Translations under genes and position numbers: made by a program
The notes under the pieces: generated by a model
Database searches by the model: none
What the model was told of the DNA's origin: nothing
The model's input: the letters and a program-made list of their open reading frames with translations, nothing else
Source: Callorhinchus milii
Lineage: Eukaryota
Reading direction: 5' to 3'
Length of the DNA: 64,000 nt
Assembly: GCF_018977255.1 (NCBI RefSeq)
Contig: NW_024704742.1
Coordinates: 116,066,001 to 116,130,000 of the forward strand
Part shown: one piece after another, positions 10,878-22,854 of the stretch
How positions within the stretch are numbered: the first letter of the stretch is position 1
Layout of the letters: each line of letters opens with the position of its first letter

Positions 10878-11437
10878 GCCTGTCTCTAATAATCAAAGCT
10901 TTTTCATCTTACAGGTAAGGTGACAATTTGGAAAACAGGTAAAATTCTAATCAAGTTCATGCCTAAACTAAAGTTTAACCAGCTAAAATTGCATAGCTTG
11001 CCATTGAGAGCACTGTCTGCTGAGTAAAAGTCTCCAAACAAGAATCCACTTGGACTTAGTAAAACTCCTCCATTTATGTACAGTATACAGATCCCACTCC
11101 AATAAGAAGTACTGCAAGGAACTCCTCTACTATCCGTTATCCCTTCTTTACTCCTAGCAAATATTGCTGTTAATTAATACGGTTCAATACCTCAAGAAAT
11201 AAGATACAATCACTGCATCTAATAAAACTGAATGGTCCATTTCAATAATGATGGTATAAAACACCATCCAATAAGTTGTACCATGAAGCAAGTCTTCAGC
11301 CATCTACAGAAATGTTCTTTTGTTGCCATCCCATGCAAATCCACACAAAGCGTAGAGCACTCTCTGAGATGACAGATAATGTATGAAAGAATTCAAGTCA
11401 TTTACTTTTCCATGACGCAGATATCAGGATCAGTCAT

Positions 11438-13092
11438 TCACTCCTTAATATTCAACAACAACTTCAGTAAATGGGCCTCAATAACCTGCTGAACTAAAAA
11501 AGAAAATTCTGAATTAGATTTCCTATTTAAAAAAAAGGGTTAGTTTGGTAATCAAAGTGTAATCAATGAACAAAGGCAAACAATTTTTGTTGGTCAGCCA
11601 GGAGCCTGGTGCATACAGAAACCCACCCCTAAACTTTTCAAAAGTAATGACAGTTACCAAAATAATAATAATCATTGCATTTGATACAGCATCTTATCAC
11701 AATAGAATACATTAGAATATACTGCACAGAAACAGGCCATTTGGCCCAGTCATGCTGCACATGAGCCTCCTCTTGCCCTAAGTCTTCAAGCATAACCTTA
11801 TTTTCCTTTCTCCCTCATATACCTTAAATACATCTATGCTATTTGCCTCAACAACTCCTTGTGGTAGCATGTTCCACATTCCCAATACTCTGTGTGAAGA
11901 AATTTCTTTTAACTTCCCTATTTGATCTATTTGTCACTACTTTATATTGATGGCCCCTGGTTTTGGTCTCCCCACAAGTGGAAACATCTTCCCTATGTCT
12001 ACCCTATCAAAACCTTTCATCATTTTAAAGACCTCTATCAGGTCAACCTTTACCCTCCTCTTTTCAAGAGAAAAGAGTCCAAACATGTTCAGCCTTTCAG
12101 GTATATCATGTCGTTGATACGTCTTAAAATGCTGTGTGTTTCATATGTGCATGCAACCTATGCATGAAAATCTCCCTGTCTGAAATGGAATGTGCACTTT
12201 CTCCCTAGATGGACGCACTCTGCTTTCCTAATTCTGGAAAGTATTAGTTACAGGTTGGTAAGAGCTAAGGCTTGGAGACCCCAGATTGTGGTTGAGGTAC
12301 TGCTATAGTTTAACTAGCTAAAACTGCATAGCTTCCAATTGAAAGCACTGTCTGACAAGCTTCCTACTGCTTTTCCAGTGAGCAACATGCTATCCATTAG
12401 GCTTGCAGGATTAACAGGAGCTGAGTGGGAGGAATCCCTGTTCCCAGTGACAAGCCCGTCCCCCAAGTCCTGTTGATGAGCCAGGCTGGCTGGTCTGGAG
12501 TTCTGAGGACCTGCCTTTGCACAGAAACTGGGCCACTAAGATGTCAGAGGGTTGACTCAATTCCACCATTCTGTTGCCAAGCTGCTCAGCTCCAAGCAAA
12601 CCCCACTTTCCTCCTTCCCCAAGTGGACAGTTACTGGTTGGTCATTTAATATCAGACAAGCACAGTTTTGAGCCCTCATTAGGTGAGCTCTCCAACAGGA
12701 GCGCTCTGAGACACTACCCTGCATGGAGGGCGCTATATAAGTGCAAGTTGTTGTTGTGAATAGCAGATACTCCCTGTGAGTTTACTATATACTACATGAC
12801 AATAAATAGATGCAAAACAGCACAGCAAATTTAACAAATAATTAAAAATATTACATGATTGAAGTTTTATTTTGAGTATATTCCATTTAGAAAAAATAAT
12901 TTTCATGCTCTTAGGCAAGTTGAATTCAACACTTACCATTTTTAAAACCTAAGTTTACAGCCATATCCATCGCATTGAATCCTGAATCGGTTTCAGCAGT
13001 TGGGTCAGCACCATATTCTGCAGAAACAGGAGCAATAAACTATAGAATCATTAGGTAGTTTTATTCCTAATGAATTATCAGCACATTTTCAG

Positions 13093-13134
<42 letters not shown>

Positions 13135-16100
13135 GGAAGAGTGAGAGTAGATGTGGAGGAAAGGACAGATATAGATGGAGATTATAATGAAGTAAGATTC
13201 AGAAGGGTTCAATTTCCATCATAAAGTACTAGACCTAAGATTTGGAATTCTTTTTCAATTACCTGAGACCTAATGTTTCTCATGGACTTATCCTTAAGAC
13301 CACTGTTTTAAAATGTAAGCTTGTGAACGATTTTGCAGAATTCTTCAATTCAATTTTATAGTGGAGCCCAATTATAATGTGGTGGGCTCACATGCAGAAA
13401 CCCATCACTATACTTAAGAGTATCCAAAGCAAACTGAGAGTTCTATGCATCCCATCTACACATACAATACAAAATTACATTTGTAAAGCACATTTCATGT
13501 TGGGTGGACGGCCCACGTTGCTGGAAATTCCAAGGATGTTGATTGGAATGGAATGTGCACTCACTTCCAGGACAGTGACAGGCAAAAGTTGGTGTCCACT
13601 ACAACTCTGGACTGAGGTCTCAGTACTTCTTAAGAGTGTCAATGTCAACAACAAATTACATTTGTAAAGCGCCTTTCATGTCAGGAGGATGTCCCAAGGC
13701 ACTGGACAGTCAAGGATCTGCACACGAGTTGGTGATTGGGATCAAGAGGGGTGGAGGGTGGGGTGGGTAGGGATAGTAGGGCGACAGAAGGCACGGTCTT
13801 AGAGGAGGGTCTTGAGACGGGTCTTGAAGCAGGCAAGGGAGGGGGCAGACGATGGGACTGTGGGTGGAGGTGAGGATGGAGGCAGAGAGGTAATGTTGGG
13901 TATCAACTGCATACATGCGGAAGTTGACCCCATGTCTGCGGATGATGTCACCAAGAGGGAGCATGTAAATGTTGAAAAGCAGAGGGCCAAGGACAGAGCC
14001 CTGAGGGATGGCACACGTGACGGTGCAGGGGCTGGAGGAGAAGCGATTAGTGGGGACAAAGTGGAATCAATGATCAGATCTCTCACCTTTGACCCATTTG
14101 TAGACATGAGCCACTCAAGAAGAGCCTCAATATAGTTGGAATCCACAAAATCCTCACCTATAATGAGGCACGACAGGTGGTTTCACAGTGCATGCATACA
14201 GCTGGCCTGGAAGTTAGTTTTTTAATTAAGTGTGGGGAAGTAAAATGGCTGCCTTCCAGGACATCAGATCTTTGTTGATATCACTAACTGTGCGCTGGGT
14301 GCGTGTGGTGCAGTTGGTGCGTGTGGTGTGCAGGAAGTGATTGTGGTAACAATCTAATGACCGAGAAATCAGCTATTTTAACATGAGAGCCGGTCAGCAC
14401 ATTAAAAATATTTTATATTTATCTGGTATTATTTTTCTTTAATCTCTGCTCATGTCCTTCTGTCCTGCTTCACCAATTACATGCTACCTCATAGGTAGGG
14501 CTGCAGGTTTGGCATGGCATTGCTTGTCAAAAAACATGGAGCAGTTACAGTAAATTTAGTGAACGTCACTGGTTTACGAGGAAATGTTGGGAGAAGTCAT
14601 CGGTATGGAAATTCAACTTTCCCTCTTCATCCTCCCAATTTCCAATGTCTAAATCGGAATGTGAAAAACCTTTATCTTAGAGTGCGGAAAGCAGCTGGGC
14701 TGTATGCAAGTGTCCGTGAGAACAGTTTGAATTTCCCACATTAACCTTGAGAGAGGCTGTCGCATGGCCTAACACAGCCCAGCCACTTCCCTGCTCAATT
14801 GAAGTAGGGAAGCAGCTGGGCTGTGTGAGCGCTTGTGCCAACCTCGCAAAAACAGTTTGAATTTCCTGCAATAATGTTGAGACAGGCCACCACTCGCTCA
14901 AGGTTAATTCGGGAAATATATGGTTTTGTCACGGACATTATCCGTAACATTTTTTCTGGCATGCCAAATCTGCAGTCCTCATAGTGTCTACAAAATAGCC
15001 ATTACATCTTAAAATAATATTAACTGAGACATTTCCAATATAAGTTGCTATATGAGATGCATGTATTACAATCATTGTATTAGCTCACCCAGCAGGGTCT
15101 CCACACACTTTACATGATTCCCATGTACACCATACAGCAAAGGGGTCCCTCCATTCTGTAAGGAAAAGAAAGTAGCCATAGATATTCTAAATATGATAGA
15201 GAATATTAAATACACCTGGAGTATTGGAGGAAGGTCTAAAATGGATTGTTTCTAACAGATTCCTTAAATAAGAAATCCGAGTTGCGCAAATAGGAACTCC
15301 TTCCGGTCAGTGGAAGTACAGTATATCACACTGACCTGCACAACTCTGCTGCAAAGTGATGTGCCTCCAAGCAGAGTTCCTGTAGGGCGAAGGGAAAGGG
15401 AAGGAAAATCTAATACAATTCCTTACTAAGGAAATATCAAAAATGAGATCCTGATATTACTTACCCAGTCATACTCATTTACATCACATCCATGGTTGAG
15501 TAGCATTTTGACAATGTCTGCATAACCCTTACTGCTGGCCAGTGACAGTGCACTCTCTCTTCCATTTGCTAAAAGATGCGGATCACCTCCCTTTCAAAAG
15601 AACACAAATCTGCAGGTTCATTTCTAAGATACCAACAAGAGAAACTTGAACTGGTTTATAAATCAAGGCAAAACCACAAAATGTAACCATTCCACAATAT
15701 AGAAAGGAATGACAAGAAAATAGCAAGTTGATGTTCGGCAAGAAGGGAATCCCTCTAATAATAAATTCCCTCTACATACCGATTATGCAGGGTATATTTT
15801 GTTCAATATTGTTTTTACACAAGTCTCAGGCTCCTCCCTATCCCCATTAAGCAATTATGTTTTAACCCACCCACAATTAGTGGGGAAAAAAGGCATTTAA
15901 CCAAACATACTCTGTAATTAGAATACTATGAAGTAAATGCAAGTCATCCTGTTGTATCATTTTGACTGAAACGGATATGTGCAACTTTCCACTGGGAAGT
16001 TATGATATATCAGTAAACATTTCTAAATTTATAATAATCCTTGCATTTGATATAGCACCTTATCATGTCATTGAGATGTCATAAAGCCCTTCACAGAATA

Positions 16101-19100
16101 TACTGTAAAGTGGACTGAATGTATTTTGTGGGCAAAATGCAGCAGCCAATTGCATACAGCAATTAATGTGACTCAAATTGATGTCACTCATTCCACACAA
16201 AGAATTCACACCACCAATGAAAAAGAATAGTGATGGACGGGTGGAATTGTTGGATCAGTGGTCTTGCAAGGTTAGTTTCATTGCATTTAAGTGCGTACAG
16301 AGCAGAGTGAAAGGTGGTTTCAAAGCAAGAGGCTGCTCTAGCAGACATTCATTGGATTAGTAATGAGCAGGTCAACTACCTACCCTCTCAAGTTTTCACA
16401 CAGAATACTTAGGATATGGAATAACCTGCCTGGAGCAGTGTTTGAGGCAGAATCCAATTTAGCTTTCCAAAGAGAACCAGATAGATATCTCAAAAGGAGT
16501 GAACTACAAGGGTATGGGGGGAAAGGCAGGTGAATGGGCCTGTAAGAATTGCTCTTTTCAAAAGTCAGCACAGACCAAAGGCCAAATGGCCTTCTTCTGT
16601 GCTATACATTTCTATAGTTCTTTGGTTCTGGTAGAGATTGATGCACAATGCACAAAAACCATAAAGAAAATCAAGACTTTTTAATGTTTATATATTAAAA
16701 AAAGTACTTCTTTGGAAGCCAGCCGTCCAGACAGACACCAATACCTGGTAGCGCCGAGCATGATCCACAATATTTTACTTTCAGAACAATAGCATATTTA
16801 TTCTAATGTAATATTGTAGAGTGTTTACCCTGGACCAAAACTTTCAGGTTCAAACAACCTTGAGCTGAGGAAAATAACTAAGGTAATATTCTGTTCCCCC
16901 AACATCAACACAGAATCCGCAGGTTTAGTCACAGTTGTCACATTAGTTCTCATTTGTCGCCTCCATTTCATAGAGCTTCTGAACAGGTCACTGTCATACG
17001 ACTTCAATGTAAGAAAATTTAGAAGCTTAATACATCTCCACTGTCTATTGTACCCATTTCAAATAGAGAAACTGTGTGAAACTTCTTCAATTTGCTTGTT
17101 TCTTTCATTTACTCAGTTCCAGTCATTTGATACTGAAGGAATTAATTCAATTAAATAGTTAAGAGCATAAAGTTCATAAACCTTACATTCTGTAGCAGAA
17201 ACTCCACCACTGCAATCTGTCCATGAGCTGCTGCCCACATCAGTGGAGTAAAGCCTTGCTCATCTTGCATATTTATCAGATTATCTAGAAATGTAATAAA
17301 ACAGAGATCACTCAGATCTAAGACTAGGTAATAGTTCTCCTCGATTCCCGTGGAGTTCAACAATTTCTGCACCTTATTTCAATAAATGTACTCTGCAGCA
17401 AGTCACACATTAACATTACTACTGGATTCCTAATTAGAAGGTGTCAGAATAACAGCGCTTTAAACTTCAGTTAACAACTCACCTTGTTCTATACGGCTTG
17501 CCAAAAAAAGCAGCTCTCCTTGCGCTGCCAACTGATGTACAGAGAGTGCTGTGAAACACAGATAACAGTAACAAGTGTAAATTACTCAACCAAGCAGGAG
17601 ATAGTTCAGGAACAGAACAAGTTGTGGAGTCCTGTAGCTCAGTGGTTAGAGCACTCGCTTTGCAAGCGAGAGACCCGAGTTCAATTCCAGGCAGGGCGAA
17701 ACCTTGGGCAAGTTTCCTTACTCCACACACCTAATAATAATCCCTCCAAAAACCAAAAACAATAATAAATTGGTCATTTTCAATCTATGACTGTTTGTGG
17801 GACATTGCTGTGCGCAATTGACTGCCGCGTTCGCCCACAAATATACAGTCAATTCACTTTACAGTGTGTTCTGTGAAGCGCTTTGGGACGTCCTCCCGAC
17901 GTGAAAAGCGCTATATCAAAATGCAAGGATTATTATTATTAAATACATTACCACAAAGGGGAAAGGTAGGGGATCCAAACCTCCTTGGATGACTAAGGAA
18001 ATTGGGATTAAAATACAACAGAAAAAGGAGGCTTATGATAAATGTCAGGTCTAAAATACAGAAGGTAATCAAATAGAATATAGAAAGTACAGAGGAGAAC
18101 TGAAAAAGCAAATAAGAGAGGCAAAGAGATTGCATGAGAAAAATTAGTGGGTAACATAAAAGGGAACCCTAAGGTATTTTATAAGCATATAAAGAATAAA
18201 AGGTTAGTCAAAGGTAGAGAGGGGCCAATTAGTGACCAAAGAGGAAATCTTCGTGTGAATGCAGAGGGCATGGCTGAATGAGTACTTTGCATCTGTCTTC
18301 ACAAAAGAAGCCAGTGCCACAGTATCAAAAGAGAGGGCAGAGAAATTGGATAGGATAAGAATAAACAGAAAGGAGATACTAAAAGGTTGATGCTGCTCAA
18401 GATAGATAAGTCACCCGGTCCAGACAAGATGCATCCTAGGTTATTGAGGGAAGTAAGGATGGAAACAGTGGAGGCTCTGGCCACAATCTTGGTAGTGCCA
18501 GAGGACTGGAGGGTTGCAAATATTACTCTCCTGTACAGAAAGGGGCAGAAGGATAATCCCGGGAACTACAGCCTAATGTCAGCAGTGGGGAAACTTCCAG
18601 AGACTATAATCCGGGACAAAAATTAATTTTCACTTAGAAAAATATGGGTTAATAAACAACAGCCAACTTAGATTCATTAAAGGCAAATCATGTCTTACAA
18701 ACCTGCTAAGAGTTTTTTTGATGAAGTAACGGAAAGGGTGGTTGAAGATAGTACAGTTGATGTAGTTTATATGGATTTTCAAAAGGCGTTTGATAAAGTG
18801 CCACATAAGTGACTTGTAAGCAAAATAGAAGCCTAGGGTATTAAAGGACAGCATGGATACAGAACAACAAGATTTCATTTATAGAGCGTCTTTCATGTCG
18901 GGAGGACGTCCCAAGGCGCTAGACAGTTGGGTCGGGAAACAGAAAGCAGAGAGTGGCAGTGAACGGTTGTTTTTAATGACTGGAGGGAAGTATGCAGTGG
19001 TGTCCCCCAGGGGTCGGTATTGGGAACCTTGCTCCCTTTGATCTATATAAATGACCTGGACTTGGGTACAGGGAGTGCAATTTCCAAGTTTGCAGGTGAT

Positions 19101-22100
19101 ACTAAGCTAAGAAGAGTAGTAAACGGTGAGGAAGATAGTAGCAGACTGCAAAAGGACATACACAGACTGGTAAAGTGGGCAGACATGTGGCAGATGAAGT
19201 TTAATGTGGAGAAATGCGAAGTGATGCATTTTGGGAGGAAGAATGAGCAGAGGCAATATAAGCTGATGGTACAATCTTAAAGGGGGTAAAGGAACAGAGA
19301 GACCTGGGGGTTGTATAAGTAAATATTTGAAGGTGGCAGGACTGGTAGATAAAGCTGTTTAAATAAAGCATACGGGATACTAGGCTTCATAAATAGGGGC
19401 ATAGAATACAAAAGTCAGGAAGTTATGATGAACTTTTATAAAACACCGGTTAGGCCTCAGCGAGAGTACTGGGTTCAGTTCTGGGCACCACCACCGCGCT
19501 TTAGGAGGGATGTCAAGGCATTGGAGAGGATGCAAAGGGGATTTACTAGGATGGTACCAGGAATGAGGGACTTCAGTTATGAGGAGAGGATAGAGAAGCG
19601 AGGATTATTCTCCTATGAGCTGAGAAGGTTAAGAGGAGACTTAACAGAAGTTTTCAAAATTATGGGGGGGATTCGATAGGGTGAACAAGGAGAAACTATT
19701 TCCAATGGCGGGTGGGTTGGTAACCCGAGGACACAGACTTAAAATAGTTGTTAAGAGACAGAGGGGAGGTGAGGAGACATTTTTTCACACAGCGAGTTGT
19801 TCGGATCTGGAATGCATTGCCTGAAAGGGTGGTGGAAGCCAATTTGATAACAACTTTTAAGAGAGAAGCAGATAATTATTTGGGGGGGACAAGTTTGCAA
19901 GGGTATTGGGAGAACATGGGGGAGTGGGATTGATTTGGATAGCTCTTTTCAAAGAAAAGTATAATTCTGTGCTGTATAATTCTATGATTCTAATGTAACT
20001 TATTCTATGCCGTGATAATGCAGTGCTGAATGCAAGAAAACATTATCTTAAGAACAGGTCTTTCTTTAGTAGGATGATGATGATACCAGTTCGGATACTA
20101 TACTACTGTAACTAGTGGCTCTCTCTTCTCCCTCCTAAAAGTTATTTAATTCACCTCTACATTTCTCTCCTATCCCAGCTGAAACCCTTATTCACACCTT
20201 TGTCACGTCCCGGCTGGACTATTCCAATGCCCCCCTCGCTCGTGTGCACCCCTGCTCCACCATACACAAAATACAATTAATCCCAAACACTGCCGCCCAG
20301 GTACTCACCTGCACAAAATTTCATACCCCAATCATACCAGTGCTTGCCAGCCTCCACTGGCTCCCAATTACCGAATGGGTCAATTTTAAGATCCTCTCAC
20401 TCCTTTTCAAATCCCTTCATGCCTACACACCTCCCTAACTATCCAATCTGCTTACCCCCTACTCCACCACCCACTACCTCTGCTCGGTGAGCTCCGGCCT
20501 CCTGTTAGTTCCTAGTCTCCTCCACCATCGGTGGCTGCAGCTTCAGCTACTATGCCCCGAAACGGTGGAACTCTCTCCCTCAATCTCTCCGACTTGATCC
20601 CACCCACCCCACTTTCAAATCCCACCTAAAGACCTTCCTTTTCGATCATGCTTATAACAGCAACAACTTGCATTTATAGAGTGCCCTTTTTCCAGTGTAG
20701 CGTCCCAGAGCACTTTGATCACATGGAGACAAATTACTATTCAATCACGCAATGGCACGACAATAAATTAGATTCAGCATCTCACTGATGAGCACTGAGA
20801 CATGCTCTAATCCAATAGATTCTTCATTCTACAAATGAACAGTCACCAATGTTGATCTGTAAAGTGAACACTAGTTATACTGATTGCACTACATTCTGGC
20901 TCTTTATAAGACAACATTAGCCAAGAACATTTCACTACAAAATAATGCTTGAAATAATAAAATGAAAATAATAATCCTTGTATTTGACATAGTGCTGGAG
21001 GATATCTCAAAGCATTGAACATGATTTACTGTAAAGTGTAGTGACTGTGTATTTTGTAGGCAAAACGCCAGCCAATTTGCACACAGAAATGTCCCACAAA
21101 CAGCCATGAAATGAATGACAAATTTTATCTGTGGGATTATTTGCTAGGATATCAGAAGAAAACTCCCTTCTCTTTTCAAGTAGTGCCATGGGATCTTCAA
21201 TTTCAACCTAAACAGGCAGACCAGACAGAGCTCGGTTTAACATCTCATCCGAAGGATGAAAAAATAAAATATTGTTCAATAATGTAAACCTCAATCAGTT
21301 TATTTTATGCAGCATGAAAATTATCTACCAAAGTGCTGAGTGGCAGGAAACAGATTAATGTCACCTTACTTCATAGGATGAGTTCTATCTCCAGGCTGTT
21401 CTGTGAAGGATAGTGGCCAATAGAGGGCAGTGGTTTCTCCAGAAAAGTGGGGGAGTGGATGAGAGAAAGGAAGGGCAGGTCAGCACAGTGCATTAGTGTG
21501 TACATGTTGGCAGCTGACTCAATGGCACTGGCACTAACTTATGTACCTCCACTCCCGCCAGGAGACTGGTATGTGGCCAAGAAAGACCTTATAGTGAGGA
21601 AGAATTTTAAAAAATAGAAACTTAAAACATGTAGAAGAATGTCTTCCTTCTCGTCAGAAACAATTTAGCATATATAACTATCTAGTCTTCATTTAGTCAA
21701 GCAATAAACAATCTCCATTATTTTCAGTTTTCTGGGTCCATTGAATACATCCTGTACCAGATGATATCAGACTTACAGTGCAAGAGTAAAGGTGTTGCTG
21801 AGACCTCATTTCCACGATGCTTATTGGTTAGAGTGGTTGACTGCTTAACAGGTGAGAAATGTTTGGTTATAGATGGCGTGTAGACGTGTCTAACTTGAAT
21901 TCCAGGAGAAGGAGACGTGTGGATGTTGCACTCAGCTGTAATCAACAGAATATTTCTACATGACATATGACATTTATACATACAGTATTTCAGAAGCCAA
22001 TCACTATACTGCACAGGGTATGAGTTGACAGGCAAAGAGTGACAAAGCAGCAATTCAATTGAATGGTTCAGTACTTAAAAACCATATGATTGAAGCTTAA

Positions 22101-22704
22101 ATATTTTATGAGCAGAAATACTTTAAAATTAAATTGTTGCCTGATATACAAATTAAGTTTATTTTTATACTTACCTTACCAATAAAAGAACAAGACAGCA
22201 TCAGTAAAATATAGATGATTGTCATAGGTGAAAGATTAATAAGGACAGTCTAGAATTTGAAGGTACATAACATTGTATAATTATCACCAAAACATTCTAT
22301 ACACAGCAAGAACAAGAAAATAATTAAATTGATTGCAATTGGATAATAGATATGTATTATTAAGGAAATTGCTGGCAGTATTTAGCATATAAAATGCACA
22401 TATATTACTTACCTTTGAATAATACAGAAGCCACTTCTAGGTCAGAGTTTACCTGATCCTGAATGTTTTTACTGTCCTCTTCATTCAGCGACTTTACAAA
22501 TCGAGAGCACACGTTCATATCAAACCTATTGGGCAGGACAAATTTCATTCCCATGGCAACATTCTGAGAGGAACCATCTTCTTCATTTAGGTCAGTACGT
22601 GGTTCTACTTTGATGTAAGGAATTCCAGAAAAGGAAGAATTGTTGTCATTCGGATCTCCAGTTGACTGAATTTCAAAGTTTGGATTTTCAACTGAGGCCA
22701 TCAT
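11438..22704 (-). CDS. ANKRA2: Ankyrin repeat family A protein 2 (RFXANK paralogue), 314 aa, 8 coding exons
   Basis: Exons (minus) 22704-22413, 21935-21777, 17548-17483, 17284-17187, 15590-15465, 15155-15089, 13017-12937, 11493-11438. All GT-AG, 945 nt ending in TGA. Diagnostic peptides: [156 protein letters not shown]. The first coding exon probably starts at acceptor TTTCCAG|22806. Confidence 0.97.
11701..12104 (-). mobile_element. CR1 3' fragment; further CR1 3' fragments at ~16375-16620(+), 24170-24330(+), 37760-38170(-), 57190-57560(+), 61520-62090(+)
   Basis: TAGAATACATTAGAATAT terminus and GGCCATTTGGCCC hairpin. Reverse strand carries CR1 ORF2 C-terminal motifs (DLIEVFK-like, WNxLP-like). 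Confidence 0.75.
13096..13128. repeat. (GT)n microsatellite; others: (TA)n(CA)n 25602-25630, (GT/GA)n 32905-33095, (TA)n 47459-47481, (GT)n 60833-60853
   Basis: Direct reading. Confidence 0.95.
13645..14055 (-). mobile_element. Internally deleted L2 fragment
   Basis: [26 protein letters not shown] joined to FKTRLKTLL and the L2 tail. Confidence 0.8.
14731..14917. repeat. Nested inverted repeats in ANKRA2 intron (outer ~23-bp IR, inner 55-nt hairpin)
   Basis: Outer: ATTTCCCACATTAACCTTGAGAGAG versus CTCGCTCAAGGTTAATTCGGGAAAT. Inner hairpin at 14772-14826. Confidence 0.75.
17626..17940 (+). mobile_element. Full-length young tRNA(Ala)-derived SINE with Deu-like body and L2-type 3' tail
   Basis: Head GTCCTGTAGCTCAGTGGTTAGAGCACTCGCTTTGCAAGCGAGAGACCCGAGTTCAATTCC with A/B boxes and TGC anticodon loop. 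Body CCTTGGGCAAGTTTCCTTACTCCACAC...TGTTTGTGGGACATTGCTGTGCGCAATTG. Tail GGGACGTCCTCCCGACGTGAAAAGCGCTATATCAAAATGCAAGG(ATT)n. Near-identical copies elsewhere in the window. Confidence 0.9.
17948..19992 (+). mobile_element. 5'-truncated CR1-clade LINE (decayed ORF2 RT region plus 3' UTR)
   Basis: Frameshifted peptides [100 protein letters not shown]. Ends in ATTCTATGATTCTA, a CR1-type terminal repeat. Confidence 0.92.
20968..21260 (-). mobile_element. Deu-type SINE fragment (reverse)
   Basis: AATAATCCTTGTATTTGACATAG tail, GTCCCACAAACAGCCATG, TAGTGCCATGGGATCTT. Confidence 0.7.
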
Positions 22705-22854
22705 TGCTCCACTCACTTAGTGCAATCTGCTACTCCATCCATTGGTACAGTAATGAATTACAGCAGGTAGATCAAGTCAGCCACTTTTGAATACACAAAA
22801 TTAAGCCTGGAAATATACACATAAATATAACTATCATAAGTCATAATCCCTATC

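Noticed and set aside
17628..17700. tRNA-Ala(TGC)-like cloverleaf (also at 24484, 32830-32902 and 3025-3096)
   Set aside because: The T-stem is broken (CCGAG/CCAGG), and each copy continues into the same SINE body and (ATT)n tail. These are SINE heads, not tRNA genes.
22705..22716. ORF-track start MSGA for ANKRA2
   Set aside because: It begins at GTG directly after an in-frame TAA; the first in-frame ATG is at 22704.
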